Shown: one piece after another, positions 12,141 to 27,695 of the stretch | How the letters are laid out: every line of letters starts with the position of its first letter | Position numbering within the stretch: position 1 is the first letter of the stretch | Assembly: GCA_964106645.2 (NCBI GenBank) | Contig: OZ067038.1 | Source: Podarcis pityusensis | Taxonomy: Eukaryota | Reading direction: 5' to 3' (one strand) | DNA: 64,000 nucleotides | Translations under genes and position numbers: made by a program | Notes under the pieces: generated by a model | Database searches by the model: none | Told to the model about the DNA's origin: nothing | The model's input: only the letters and a program-made list of their open reading frames with translations

Positions 12141-14584
12141 TACTGTGCAAGAGTTAAACTATGCACTCGCCTTCTGTTGGATCCCACACATTGTGGTAGT
12201 AGTAGTAGTGATAATAATCATAATCATAATATACAGTCTTCTATTTCAAGAATAAATGTTTTCCAAATAGGCTTACAGGGAACTCAATAGAAGCCATTGT
12301 CTCAATGATTTTCATCACCTGCCTAACATAGGTAACGGGTAAACAGTTAAATGGCAATGTGCCTCTAGGGGAAGGGCTGTAGCTGAGTGGTAGAACTTCT
12401 GCTTTGCCTGCTGAGGGTCCCAGGTTCAAGGGAAGGAATTTACCTTTTCCTCTGTTCCCACATGATTTCTGCTAGCAGTTTTACCTAGCAAGCCACTTTA
12501 TCAGCTACTTCTGCCTATCAGCTTTTGAAAATTCAACAGGGTGAGTTTGACTCATTCCTAAGGACTTGATGTCTGCCAGCCCTTTGCCCCAGGATAATTG
12601 AAGACAAGCAGGTATGGTTTTGTACCTTTATTCAAGCCATCTCCATAAAGTCAAGATAGTTAAGAAACTGTGATACTTGAAGGGTGAGCAATTATTGTCA
12701 ACTTACTACAGTGTTTAATTCTAAACTATGTGTCTCCCACTTAATTGGCAAGCAAAGGGAATAATTAAGTAATTAGCAGTTAACTACTTGAAAATTAAAG
12801 TCCTGCTAGACCTTCCTATAAGACCTTGAAGCTGAACTATTTAGCAGCTCCAGTATAGGAAATATCTTCATCCACAAACAAACAAATCTGCACAGTTTGT
12901 TTTCAGATTGCCTTAATTTGGTTTGAACTAGCACTTTCTTCCATTTCCTGTGATTTTAACAGCTGCAGGTTAATTAGAAATTCAGGAGATACAATTCCCA
13001 CCCCCATATATACAGCAGGAGGAATTTGAGGCTGGGCTTTTTTATTCTGGCAAGATCAAAATATCTCCATTTCCTGCTTGTTTGTGGGCTTCCTGTAGGC
13101 ATCTGGTTGGCTGATGTGAGAACAGGATATGGGACATGGGACTGAGGACTCTTGTTTTGATCCAGCAGGGCTCTTCGTATGTTACTGAGTCCAATAAGTA
13201 ATTTAACATTTTGTCTACTTTTGTCCGGAGTATCAAATGGAAGGGACTGGTTGACGAGGAGATGAACTAGAGTGCCCTGTATCTAATATGAATTAATGGA
13301 ATTTCAAGCTGCGTATCAAAGCCTTAGTGTTGTTAAGACAAGTTTAAGATAAGGGCCTGTATTGTAGTTACAGGGGAGGAAAGCCTAACTTGGGTTGACT
13401 CCCAGACATTTTTGCACATTCTGGGACATTGGTATGCACTTGTAGCCACTGACTTTTTATTATGGTTCCTGTTGGTATACCAGGAATTAAAACCAGCCTG
13501 CACTGGGCATGCATGACTGACTCAGCGCATACGAGAACAGGTGGAAGTCAGTGTGACCAAAGCTTTTCCCACAGCTGCATACAGTGCCTTAGTGATGAGA
13601 ATAAATCCTGATGTGACAGTCCCTGATAATGACAGGCCTGGTCTCACCAAGGCTGCCAAAACTCCATAATTTTGCTTTGTTTCCAATAAGGTCTTCAGCA
13701 ATAACCCTTCAGTTGCAGGAAATTCTGCTGTTCTCAGAGCCTTTGTAATGTTTTAAAGATGACAGAATTCTCAAGATAGTAATCAACTCCATGAAAATAT
13801 GTAGGAATTTTGGCTTGCTTAAGAGCTTCTGCTTTTGCTTGCTGCATTTCAAAGCCACACATTTCCGCAGGGTGCTCAAGCACATTTTTTTAGATTATTA
13901 ATAAGATGTGAATGTAGTAAAATGATTAGCGTAATCTGCATTGTTCCCTTAATCATTCATGATGCCACTATGACTGGCAGCTTAGCAGAAAGAACACATA
14001 TAACTGTTGGCTGATTTTGCTAACTTTGCTATCTGACTAAATTGTCTGGTGAATTAACTCTTCCCCTTTTATTGAGCAAACTGCATGTGTGATTTCAGCA
14101 AGACAAAATCAACTTTGCACAGACGCTTTAGGAAGTACCTCCTGCAGACTTGAATGCCTTGCATTCCCACTGCATATTAAGAAGGACACACAGCATTTTT
14201 TAATGACTGGTAACTTATTTTTGAATATCGACTAGATTTAGAAATTCTGCCTCTGTTCCATTGCCAGCTAGACCTTTCAAGTCATTCTTCGAATGGACTT
14301 CGTAGATTATGGCTTGTATACAGCAAAGTTGTCCTGTTTGCACAAGGGGTCCTGCTTGCTCAATGAAACTTTCCTTCCCTCTCCTCTCCCTATGTGCCCC
14401 CCTAAATATGCTCTGGAAGCTTGGGGGAAAACTCAGAACAGATTTTGGGGCGCTCAGAGGGATGACAGGCATGGGAGATACCATCGTACATGTGCGTATC
14501 CTTGTGTGAATGGGATTACTTTCTTTGATACAACCCAAACTATTTATCTACTTCTCACAGAAACGATAGATAAAAATATTAGTA

Positions 14585-14826
14585 CAGTGGTACCTCGGGT
14601 TACATACGCTTCAGGTTACATACGCTTCAGGTTACAGACTCCGCTAACCCAGAAATAGTGCTTCAGGTTAAGAACTTTGCTTCAGGATGAGAACAGAAAT
14701 CGTGCTCCGGTGGCGCGGCGGCAGCAGGAGGCCCCATTAGCTAAAGTGGTGCTTCAGGTTAAGAACAGTTTCAGGTTAAGTACGGACCTCCGGAACGAAT
14801 TAAGTACTTAACCTGAGGTACCACTG
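14585..14826. mobile_element. Tc1/mariner (Tigger/pogo-like) MITE
   Basis: TIRs cagtggtacctc/gaggtaccactg with TA TSD; same family as 11918 and 51444. Confidence 0.88.
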
Positions 14827-15794
14827 TACATCCAAAGATGAAAGTAAACATTGTGGGAATCATTGTACCTGCATTTGGATTTGCTCCCATTTAATTCCCT
14901 CCTGATTTGGGTAGAGTTATTGCTTTATTATAGTGATGTTTCCCCACGTGTGGTTTTTAGGAAAGATCAGAGATGTCTTGTGTTGTTGTGCTTTCTAATG
15001 GCAGAGTTGGATTTGTGTCTCAGTCCACAGACCTTAGCACAGAGCAGCAAGGTGCATACACAAAACTGGCAATGTCCAGGGCTCCCCAAACCACAAGAGC
15101 CCTGACTGAGCACCCAGAGAGCAGCAGGTGATGGAGGCAGTAGCAGACAGGCCCTGCATCAGCATCTTGGCCAACAAGGGCATGCTGGGACTGTCACTCG
15201 CCACCACCACAGCATCCTTTCCTTCTTTTATTTAACATCCTTTTATAGTTAGGCAGCAGCCAAGCATGTCCATGGTTACAGATGCTCATGTTATTTTTAC
15301 TTTAAATATATATTAGTCTTTGTCTACAACAAAATGGTGCTGAATCTCGAGTTTATCATCAGGGCAGCAGAAGCACAGTACGTTTTTTTTCTGTAGTCAT
15401 GATGATGCTAATTAAATTAGTTCTTTAAAATGGGAAACGGCACATGTTCAAAGTACTTCTTCTTTTATTAGGGCTGGCAAACTACTTTTTGTTTAATTTT
15501 TGCTCTAACATAACAAGGATACAAAAGCTGTTGTAAAGCATGGAATGGAGATGGGGGAAGAAGCAAATGGTGTAATTGTGTACTGCAGTAACATAGAGCT
15601 ATGTAAATGTGTTTGTGCAAGGTTGCTGAAGACAATAAAGTCCAGGGTCTAAATTTACCTAGTTGCACTGGTGATTTGCAAGGGCAGGTGCCAGAAGAAA
15701 TTTAGAAGGGGGATTTCAAGCTCAGAGTTTGCACTGCTTATGTAGCAGGCAACTTTACACTTGAATTTGCAGCCCTGTATTTTGATTCTTTCAG

Positions 15795-15957
15795 ATTCAA
15801 ACGGTCACCAAGAAAGTGCTTGTCCCTCAAGAGATCGATGAACCAGCCAATGCAACAGACTCCATCTTTGACATGTTGAATGAAACAGAAGTGACGCCAG
15901 AGCCTCAGCTAATCATTAAGAAAGGCCTCGAATTTAAGGATGGCATGAATGTCTTAG
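15795..15957 (+). CDS. SLC1A2: SLC1A2 exon 5 (163 nt), glycosylated extracellular loop
   Basis: ttcag|...|gtatgg; [54 protein letters not shown] with two N-x-T sequons. Not in the ORF track. Confidence 0.95.
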
Positions 15958-16843
15958 GTATGGAAACACTGTGTGCTTCACAGTTATTATTGTAGCAATA
16001 TTGTGCATTGTTTTGAATATATTGCTATCTTGTCATAACCCACCCTGGGACCTTAAGGTAAGAACGCTAACTAAATGATTAAATGTTTTAATGCATTCAT
16101 ATTATATATGCTGTAAAATGCCTTCAGACTTTTTAATTTAAAATATATGTAAAGCAATATTCAAGTCCAATAAATCATATCACATATCCTTTACATATAC
16201 TCACATTTACATATTCATTTTTGCATATCTTCCTCTGTTTATCTGTATGGTGGCAGGAGAATCCAAATCTGTTCAGGAAAATAGAACTGCCAATCATTGA
16301 GCATTTACACACATATACAGATGAATGGTTCATTTGGTCATCGTGACAATCTTTTATATTATGATAGATTTGTTAGGAGATAAAATAAGAACAGTACATG
16401 CTTGAACTTTCCTAGGAACACTGTTCTTCCTAGCATAGGGCAGGACTGATGGGACTTATAGACCAAAACACCTGAAGAGCACCAAGTCATCATATAACAG
16501 GTTACAGCAAGATATTAATAGCAGTGGGTTGTATCACATGCATCACTTGTGCAAGGGAAATTTGCCATTATCTTTTCCCCACTCTGTTCCTTGTGCTCCC
16601 CCCCCCCCAAGCTTCTCCTGAGAGTAGAAGAATACTTAGGGCCCTTCCAGACCGGTGTTTTACTGGGGGTGTATTCTGCAACATGTTCATGACACAAAAA
16701 TAGTCTGAGCTGACTTGAAGCCTGATTTAGTAAGGTTTATTTATTTATTTATATTTAAATTAATGAATAAGATTGCAGGAGTGTGGGTGCTTCGTTTTGA
16801 CAGAGCCTCAGTAGCGTTTAATATTTTAGCATTCTTTTAACAG

Positions 16844-16970
16844 GACTCATTGGGTTCTTCATTGCTTTTGGTATTGCAATGGGCAAGATGGGAGAACAAG
16901 CCAAGATGATGGTGGATTTCTTCAATATCTTGAACGAGATTGTAATGAAGCTGGTGACCATGATTATGTG
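16844..16970 (+). CDS. SLC1A2: SLC1A2 exon 6 (127 nt)
   Basis: aacag|...|gtgagt; [43 protein letters not shown]. Confidence 0.97.
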
Positions 16971-19133
16971 GTGAGTCAAAGTCATCATCTGCCAAGACAC
17001 GCTAAATCCAGTTGTATTCTGGACATCATTTTGTAATTTCTGCATGACCTACCTCACTATATTGGTCTGAAGCTACAGCAATTATTTCGATTGTTTGCTT
17101 TTCAAAGTTGTATCCTGCCCTTAGCCCACAAAGCTCAGAATGGCATAAACAGCAGTCCCCGCCCCCCCCCCGACAGCTAGGCAGCTGGAACAGAATGTGT
17201 GAGGTTGGACCAAACTCAACCTGGGGAGTTAATGGGATGCTGAGAGATTTGAGCTGAGGTCTCGTCAGTTCAAGTTCAGAAGTGCCACACCACACCTCAT
17301 TTGGTCAGCGAATCAAATGAGGCTGTTGCTATGTTTTTGCATATTTAATTTACTGCGGATGCTCAGGGCTTTCTTCTATCAGAACACACTAGATTGGCCC
17401 CAGAAGAACTTGATCTTCGCACAGCCACTGTCCTTGCATCACTGCTGGGACTGATTCCTAATTCAATGCATCAACAGAAGGCTTACCTTCAACCCATGAC
17501 TCTTGTTCATTTGCATAGAAGAGAACATTTAGTCTATGGAGACGCATTCCTTTATTTCATATCCAAAGGGACATTCTTTCCTATTATTTATGGCTACTCT
17601 CTTAGGAAAAGATCCACCCCCTCCAGCAGCTTTGGTGATTTATGAAACTCTTGTGAACACCATAATGACATAAAACAAAATTGGGCATCTGCTAAGGATG
17701 TTTCGTAACCCTTATTTAAGGATTATCCTCAGTGACCATTTCAGGAAGCAGACTGCCTGGCACCTGAGAAAACTGTGCAAAATGGGGATTGTGCGAAGCT
17801 TATAGAAGCTTCTGATTGATTTGCTGCTTCTGGGCAATGCTTGGATGGTTCATGAGAAGGTCAGATGGAGAGCAGACATTCCTTTTTCTAAAGAGCCCAG
17901 TTCCAGTTTTGCTTCCTAAATCTATCTCTCTATAAAAAAGTAAGTTTCACATTGCAAAAAAAAGAAAGTTAATATAGAGCATAAGAGTGGAGATTCCTTT
18001 AAGCCACCTGCTGCTCAGCAAAATTAATCATCATCAACAATAAATAAAGCTCTCTGACACAGTAACCCTTGTTGGTGGGTAGGCACCAGAAATTGCTTGG
18101 GAGCCTGGATATAGCCCACAGGACATGGGGTAGCCACTCCTGCTTCAAGGCCATTGTTGAAACCTTCATCTCTGTTCCTGTCTGCATGGAATCCCAGCTG
18201 GAAGCTTCTCAGTAGCTTGAGTCCTGGTTATGGGCAGGGCCAGTGAGTCTCTTTGTGGGAGGTCTGGCAAGCCACCCATTCACTAAGTGGCGTCATTATG
18301 AACTGCTGGAAGGGATGGATCATAGGAAAGAAAACAACCAAACAAAAGGCTTGCTTCTACGATATTATCAGCATGTATTAGGTTTCTCAGCAAGCAAGGT
18401 TTCGGCTGGTCTGCAAAACATTTTAATGTCTGGGCACAAGCAATGTACTGGCACAAGCAATGAAAAGCTCAGCTGAGTCAGTTAACCATCCTAACTGCCT
18501 GGCAAAAGCCACCACTAGACTTTTAGGAATTGTAAGGGAGTGGCTTTCTCTGGTCCAAGAAATTATCAGGGCTCCAATAATACAGTACTCCTTCTGTCGT
18601 AGCCTCTCTCACAGTGCTTATCTATTAGGGGTGGATAATTTTTTCCCCTTCTATCAAGAGCCCTTGACACACAGAATAAATCAAGTACTGCTACCAGCAC
18701 CCCCTGCACACAAAGGGGGAAATGCATCTGTCCTGTCTCAAAAGGGCTTTAAAATTTGGCAGTTTGTGCTGACAGAAAGCCAACCTATTTGCACTTTCAC
18801 CTCTGAAGGCACAGATCGGTTTTCAAACATGCCAATCCTCAGGCAGAAGAGCTTTGAAGATGCTCCGGTGGCTGAGAGTCACCCCCATCTGCTTCTTCAA
18901 AGGTAAAAATGGATCTGGTCCCCTATCAGCCAGCCACTTTCAAAGCTGTCCTCAAGACTGTGGCCTGAATCCAGCCAACAGGATAGTGCTCTTTCAGTCA
19001 GTTTGTGCAGCATAGGGCCATGCAGCCCCTGGTCCCATCATTCAATAGTGGGGGTATTTGGGGCTGAAAGGTTTTCCATCAAAAGGTGGTAATTTCAAGC
19101 TACATTGTATAGCTTTATCAATTGCCTTTATGA

Positions 19134-19445
<312 letters not shown>

Positions 19446-20991
19446 TGAAATGCAGAGTTAGCAACACGTTCAGGGCCATTATAAATACTTTGCTAACAAG
19501 ACTTACTCAGCTGAATGTGCGAACACTTATTGTGTGGATTAGCAATACCTGTGAGCTGATCAATTAACCTAAAAATGAAGAAAAGGTGTAAACTGGATTT
19601 CATGTGCCCAAAAACTCAAACCTGGTTCATAGCATTAACTGCTGTGATTCCAGCTACTTGGTTCAGATGACATCTGTTCCCTCAGGGATTGCCTGCAGGA
19701 ATTGGGGGCTGGGTGAAAGTCTTCTCCAGGGCTGGCCTAGACCATATAATGCTGCAATGGAAGTATCATTTTCAGGGCTTTTTTCCCAGCCCTGAACTGA
19801 GTTCTGGAACCCCTCAGGTGGTGCCATTGCCACTCTAAGAGAATGAGGGAGGTGTTCATGGTGAGTTCTGGCACCTCTTTTTCTAGAAAAAATAGCACTG
19901 GTCATTTTACTATATGACATCTAAATGCCTTGTTAGTCCATTCACAACTTGGATGGACAATTTGTATGATGAGGGATTCATCTCATATAAGATTACAAAG
20001 GTGAATGGAGATCATTCATGACAGAAATCCTTCCATAAGCCCAGCACCCCAGGCCTAGATCACCTGCCCTAAATCCAGTCCTGGACTTGTCTTTAGCACC
20101 AATAACTGCTGGGGCTTTTCTAGTTTTCCTCTTCAGAAGTCTGAGATCTCTCTCCAGTCAGGCAAGGCTTTCCACTTTGACTTTTAGTCATGATCTTCTC
20201 TGCTTTTCCAACAGAACCTTCTCAGGTTTCAGACATATGCCCCCACCCCCCACTACAGCTAACAGGAAGCTGTCATCTCCTTCTCTTCCCAAGGCACTTC
20301 TGCCAACTGACCTTTTCTTTGCTGAGTTCTTTAGTCCCTATGACAACCAGGAGTAGTTATGTTATTAGAAATCATATCAGAGTTTTTAAAAATATTGTAC
20401 AATAGCATGCATTGGGGGAGGGATTTTCTTCTGAACATGGGGGGGGTGAGGTTTAATTCTTTCCTCCCCGGCTGCATTCCCAACAAAAAATTGTCCTGCA
20501 ACTAAAGATTGTCATTCCCAACAAAAATCGTCCTGCAACTTAAAAACTAAAGACCTTATTGGAGCCAAAGTGAGATTTTACTTTGTGGCTCATTGCCATA
20601 TGCGAGGGGTACGGTTTTTGTTGGAATTGTAACTAAGGAGGTAAGGGTTCCTGTGCTTCAGATGAAATATTCCATCATGCCTGCTATCAATTTTGGGTTG
20701 TTTAAATAAATTATCTGCCTTGGTTTCTAATGGCACATGTTGTCACATCTGGTTTTACCCTCATTCAACAACTGTCAAAATATATACATCTACAGGGGCA
20801 TGCACAAGCTTTGATCAAAACACTGTGCATAAGCAGTTTTACAACCATAGAATTTACATGCTTACATCAGTTCCAGGACGGAAGAGGCAGATGTTGAACT
20901 GTGGACAGACAGAGACCTGATGAATGTGTGTGTAAGATGCCTGGTTGCTCCCCCAGAGTGTCAATAGAGCTATCTGTCCCAGGAAGTCTGA

Positions 20992-21261
<270 letters not shown>

Positions 21262-21828
21262 TGAACATTACAGACCTTGCCTATTGCAAAGCAGTTTAAA
21301 GTTGTGAGCCTCCATTGTAATAAACAGTGAAAAGCCTTGGCTGCTTTTGCCAGTTCCCAAGTAGAGCATCACGTATTGCAGCCTACATGGGAATTACACA
21401 GTTTTCTACATGAAGTAATTTCTGTGTAGGGATTTGTAAGACATGAAAGCAGACCTTGATTTCTGTCTATAACCTGGTTTCAGAGGCAGTGTTAATGTGT
21501 TGTGTAGAGATTTTCATTGTACTTGATTATAAATAATGGAAAATAAATATACTCAAGTTAGCATGAGTTAAATGAATCACATATTGCTTTAATCAAAAAT
21601 CATTAAATAAGAGTGCTTATGGAAAACAAATGATTTTATTTTTTTTGCAAAATCAAAAGTTTAATAAAACTAAACTCAGTCAAAATCTTCTAAATTACAA
21701 TATTAGAGGCTGCACTGAAATAACAGGGAATGTGTTCCTACAGAAGTTGGAGTGATCAAGCAGTTCCCATATTTGTAAGAGAAACACTAACTAAAAGAAG
21801 GCCCAGCTAAACAAGTGGATGTGTTTAA

Positions 21829-21972
<144 letters not shown>

Positions 21973-22897
21973 TAAGTAACATTAAAGAAACTTGTCACCT
22001 TTCTCCAGACAGTGATGTTGTGGCTTAACTACCCACTCAGGTGTCAACTCCTTCATGATCAATAATGCTTGCTACAAGAAGCACTCCTGCATGTGCAGCA
22101 GCTGACCAATGTTTATGCAACAAAGCATTTAAAGGAATGCATTGTTTCTGATACCCAACTGTAGCGAAATTGGAGCGGAGCAGAAATCGGCAAGCATTGT
22201 TTGCAGACAGTAGGAGGATGTTAACTTAAAGCATGTGGTTGTTTGCTGTTTCAAGGAAATGTCATTGATGTAAAAACATTTCACTTGATGGAGAAGTCCT
22301 GCCTCCTGAATGGACAAAGCCATAATTCAGCTGCAGAGGCAAGGTGTTAGCGAGGGGGTAGGGCTAAGGGCTTACCATTGTGTTTCTGATCATTCTCATG
22401 TGGTAAAAAATCCCTGTCCCCTGAAGTAAGCCCTGTGGCGAATTGTGCTGCTGACATTTGCTTCTTTAGAAAAGGTCAGATTGAGCAAGACAATATCATG
22501 GCAGCGCAAAGGAAAAGGAGCTCAAACCTTCCATAGTGGAATTAATGCCATAGAGGAATTGATGGGAGTATCTGGGCTTTTCACAGCACAGTCCTAGGCA
22601 TCTCCTGAGAAATAATTGAGAGATTTCACACTGATTCACACAATCTTCCCTAGGCCTTCTTTCAATTTAGTTTCACTTTACTATGCGTTTGTGTGTGTTA
22701 AGAGTGCACTGTACAAAATACTCAATAAAATACTGTTACAAATAACTGCAGCTTTATAGTATGGTCATGTAATATACAGACCTTCCTCTCTTCTTTTTCT
22801 TGTAAAGGCTATTTCACCCTAAAAATAATTCTTCTGAGACAGGTCTTCTGTGCACCGGTTTTAAACGTGAAGTGGCCCATGATTAGTCTACTGAGAT

Positions 22898-23205
22898 CAG
22901 GGGTGCCCAAACTTTTTTCAAAGAGGACCAGATTTGATGTGAAGGCCGACCAAGTGTGAGGGCCGACCAAAGTTGTTGAGCTTTTTTGTGAATTGAAATT
23001 GAAATTGAAATGAAATTGTATTGAAATTGAATTTTTTGTGTGAAATGAAATTGAATTGAAATTACAATTTTACCCCAAAGTTCTTAAGCTTTTTTGAGGA
23101 TTGAAGTTTACCCCAAAGTTGTTGAGATTTTTCTTGGATTTTACCCCAGGGCATTTGCTGCCATGGGGGCTGGATTAAATCGACTGGCAGGCTGGATTAG
23201 ACCGC
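22898..23205. mobile_element. hAT-like MITE remnant with internal (GAAATT)n microsatellite
   Basis: caggggtgcccaaac start is typical of hAT TIRs; hexamer repeats at ~22990-23065. Confidence 0.45.
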
Positions 23206-25085
23206 CGAAACAGAAAAAAGAGAGAAGAAATAGTAAGAACATGTCCCCAGTAAGAGTATTGCTGTTATGCATGTTATGTCTAGATTGCAGGTAGTCTGGA
23301 TTCCAGTAGATCTTCCCATTGGTGCTGGTGGGGCAGCTTGAAATACTTTCCCAAAGGACTATTGTATCTAGCAATTATATCAGTGCACCTTGTAAGTCTG
23401 TTACAGTTACTGAATAAAGCAGAAATATATTTTATTGTTGAGAAGCACCCAAGCAAACCTCTTACAAGTCCTGAGGTATAAAATATGTCTGGGGTTTTTT
23501 AAGTACTTTTGGTATGAGCTAAATAGACTGACATGATGAAATCTGGGAAGAAGGGAAAAAACATGAAAAAAAACATACAAGGGTAGTCATTCTTCATTAT
23601 GAAAACTGAAATATTAAGAAACCAGGTCATTCACTTAAAATTTATCAGGAGTAAACCTTTTCCAATTTATTATACTGTGTCAATCTTGATTCAAAATTGC
23701 TGTAATACTGGGTTGCAAATTCCATCTTTAAAATTGTATAAAATATGCTGGATATTATTTTATTTCTTTTGCTTTGTTTAGTGTAGGGAAGATATATACA
23801 GACTTCACAAGGAAATCTTTTTTTAAGTGTTCTGATCTCCTGCTGTTCCTCCACTCCAAAGTGAACAAAAATGGCATTTTAAAGAACATTGTTATTTGTC
23901 CACAGCTGGAATTAATCCAGAGTCATTAGTGGTAGCCAAGAACTGCAAGTTTCCAAAGGGGAAATTGACAAGCTTAGCAAATGTCACGGAAAGGTCTCCA
24001 GCACAGAGATGCTATGCCCAAAGAAATGGAGAATTAGAAAGGGCCTTCTTGTGTAAATGGTTCATATTCAGCTTCTAAAATGCTTGCTGAAATGTAGAGC
24101 TACCACTGCAAATTTAGCGTGAACACCTGATTTTTCTTCCCCTTTAGCATTCTGTGAAACCAAGCCAAAAAACCCATGATTTATGTCTGAAAAACGCCTG
24201 GGGGAATCACATTTTAATTTTTAGTACTTAGGCCTGGTGCTAAATAATAAATTGAGAAACAATGAGGGCCTATGTAAATGAAATGGACGTACCATGAAGG
24301 TTGTCTGAAATTACTTTCTATGGTAGCTTTCTCCACATAGGAAGGTTTCAGTATGCAGTGCAGCACCTCACAGAAGGGGGATGTTTCTCCATCTCACTGC
24401 AAACTTACAAAATGATTGTTGTGGATTGAAGAAAACCACCTGATTGGCACAATGACTGGCTGCCATGATACACAGATACAGTCGTCATGGGAAGCAGTTG
24501 AATTAAAGATCTCTGACCCCTATTAAAACTGGGCTGGTAGTAAGTGAACCACCACACCTACAGATGCCAGGCTTGTTTGGGGCAAGTGTTTCACAATGTA
24601 TACTTCATATCCACACATCATGATAAGGATTGGGTGCTGCAAGTGGATTGTTTCATGCAATCTAACTGAAATTTATAACTGACCTGCTGCTGAACGCTAT
24701 TTTGGCACCTGTTTATAGAAGGTTCGGCATTGGTCATCTACCTGTTTTTTTTCAATAGGACAAAATCTACAGTCATGTCACTATTTGATTACATAGATGA
24801 ACCTTTAAAAGAAAAAGAGTTGCCACATTTTTTTCACTTCATGATTGGATTTCTCTGTACAAAATGAGCATGTGCAGCTTCTCAAAAATCCCAAGAGACT
24901 GTGGGAACTACCCAGTTTTTCCTTTGCAGCATCAGGGTGATGCAAATTACGAGATCTCTTGACTATAATTCTTTTTCAAATGTTCAAAAGAACATAAAGC
25001 TAGTAAAGGTTAAAGGAACCACTTTAGGTGTAAGATATGACACTCAGGTCTACTTTAACATCCTGCTGGTGCTTTGCTTTTGCAG

Positions 25086-25317
25086 AGATCGAATGAGAAC
25101 CTCTGTCAATGTTGTGGGAGATTCCTTTGGAGCTGGCATTGTCTATCACCTCTCCAAGGCAGAGTTGGAAAACATTGATGCCCATCACAAAGGACATGAA
25201 GATATTGAAATGACCAAGACACAGTCCATTTATGATGACATGAAAAACCACAGGGAAAACAACTCAAACCAGTGTGTTTATACAGCCCACAACTCTGTCA
25301 TAATAGATGAGTGCAAG
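25086..25317 (+). CDS. SLC1A2: SLC1A2 exon 10 (232 nt)
   Basis: tgcag|...|gtacct; [24 protein letters not shown]...[10 protein letters not shown]. Confidence 0.97.
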
Positions 25318-25356
25318 GTACCTTTCACATTTATGGATATTGAGACTTGCATCTAG
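25318..25356 (+). CDS. SLC1A2: GLT-1b/EAAT2b alternative C-terminus (exon 10 read-through)
   Basis: Reads [12 protein letters not shown]; the rodent GLT-1b tail is PFPFLDIETCI. Confidence 0.9.
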   Translation, partial: VPFTFMDIETCI

Positions 25357-27581
25357 TCAATCATACCTCATCTTCCTTTGTTTTTTAACCTGCATGTATT
25401 TTTTAAAAAATGTATCACTAATAATGGGACAATGCTGCATGCTATGTTGATCAGTTTAAAGATGTGGGTACATATATTGTTTGCTTTCTTTGAGTATTTA
25501 AATTGCTAATGCATGCCATGTTTACAAATAACATTGTGTTCTACAGGGTGTTTTGGAAGGCAGTGCAATGCAATGGGGGAATATTGTCCAGTTAAGCATT
25601 CTTATAGCTTTCCATTACAAGAAAGGTTGCAAATCCAGTTAATAAGGCCTATAGATAAATAGGAGAATTGATGTTGTGGCAATGAGAACGGTTAATACTG
25701 CCTAAAAACAAAAAACAAAAAAAATCTCCACCATTTTCTCCTCCAGATCAGAGCAATTCTGTTGCCTTTGTGTGTTTGGAGAATCCATGATGGACCAGCT
25801 ACCACATTTAAAGCCCTGCTGAGTAGCTATAGCCTGAACAGGAGGCTTTTCCTCTCTGTTGGCATCTTCTGTTTCTTTCCCTCCCCTCTCATGGACCGCA
25901 GGTGGGGAAGGGGGTCAACAACACCAATTCCAGGGGTGACATAGTTTGGGGGCTTTTGGGGGAGTGTGTCAGGGGAACAAGGGGACTTGAAATCCTGTAG
26001 GTCCATGACCTCCCCCAACATGCCTCCTGAACTCCATGATTCAGACCACACTACCGGTGGAACACCACTGACAGGCCATACCAGAGGATCTCCAGCATCG
26101 TAAGTGTCATTCTGCTGGAGGCCTTCTCTTTCCACTGGTGGAATGGCACTTCCTCCACTTCTTCTCATCCCTCGGCCAACCAAATGTGATTTTGGCCTTT
26201 TAAATGATATTTAAAAGTAACAGTTCAGAGCGCAAGATAGTTAACTGTTTGGAAACAGAAGTTCAGTCAAATCCAGAGATTTTTCTTGTGCATCCCACAG
26301 GGAGGAGCAGAAGCAACACAAAAGTCATTTGTTTCAGTGGGTTATGTTCCAGGAGCCTGCCATTTTCCCGAGTAGAAAAAGGCAGAAATTGGAAGCACAC
26401 TTCCTTGCTTCTTTTGAAATCAACGGCAGATACTTCCAAGTGAACGTAATTAAGATCAGGCTGTAAGGAACCTGGAGGAGAAAATATGAAGCTGTTTCTA
26501 TTTATATACAGTTAGGGGGAGCAAAGATAAGCACAAGAAAGAAGCACATTCTCATGCTTCCCCTGACACCCAAATAAATGCAAAGCCTGTCCTTTTGTGG
26601 ATCGATGCTTTCCATGGCACACTGTAGAGACACATGCACTGTACCTCGTCCTCAGCAACTGAGAGCTCTTGTGCTCGCCATAATATTTATGCTTTATTTT
26701 CATTTTCATTGTGGGCCATTCCAATGCCATTTTTGTGATTTCTGTCTATTGCTGTTTGTAAATTACTTGGTTCAAGAAGAGATTATAACAAGAATTGACC
26801 TGACCAAGAGTTACATGAACTTGAGGAAACTCCATGGCTGAATGAGAAACTAATTTGGATGCTTTGCATCTTGCTTCCAAACTCATCCTTGTGGACGCAT
26901 CACTGTTGTTTAGCATGATGTCTGAATGCAGCCATTGGCGAGACTGGGCCTGGCTGGAGAATTGAACTGAACAAACATTATTCTTTAGGCAGATCTACAG
27001 TTTTCCCTAATGTGCTGTCATTAAAGGATTGCCATAGCCATTTCAGATTTTGATTAATGTTTCAGCTGGATAGTCATCAAGCTCACTTACTTGATACTGA
27101 TATTTCTAAGTCCCAGTAGGGAGAACAGAGGAGAGAAACCATTGATGGCTGCGTACAATATCAGGTTTCTAAAATCACACAAGTAATTTAAAAATAACAA
27201 AGCTTTGCCTGTAACTAAAAACAATCTGACAGAAAGGCTTTATAAATATGCCAGTTCTAAAGAAAGGCACCATTGCTCTGACATTATGCCTAGGACCTGA
27301 GTTTATTTCTCTGAAGTAGGCATCTACTGTTTTAAACATTTCTCAGATCACATAGTTATGTATAATAATAAAGTGTAGAAGAACCCCATGGTTAAAAAAT
27401 TGAGCCCCTTTGAGTTAAGCACATAGTTCAGTCATGCTCATTTAAATACTGCATATTGAAAATCTGGACAGAAAAGTTGTTGAGCCTTTTTAAAATTATT
27501 ATTTTAAGTTTTGACCAAACTTTTTGAGTCTTTTTGCATGCAAAGTCTTAACAAACATCGCCGAAAACGACAATGCCAACA

Positions 27582-27695
27582 GGGGTTGCCATATGTCCGG
27601 ATTTCCCCAGACATTTCAGCGATTCCTGCCCAGACTCAGTTTCCAACTGCTGATTGCCAGCTATGTACAGGAAATTCCAGGTGCATGGCAACCCT
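27582..27695. mobile_element. Short MITE-like element
   Basis: Inverted ends gggttgccat / atggcaaccc. Confidence 0.4.

Noticed and set aside
20473-20545. ~39-bp tandem duplication
   Set aside because: Ordinary local slippage within a decayed repeat.
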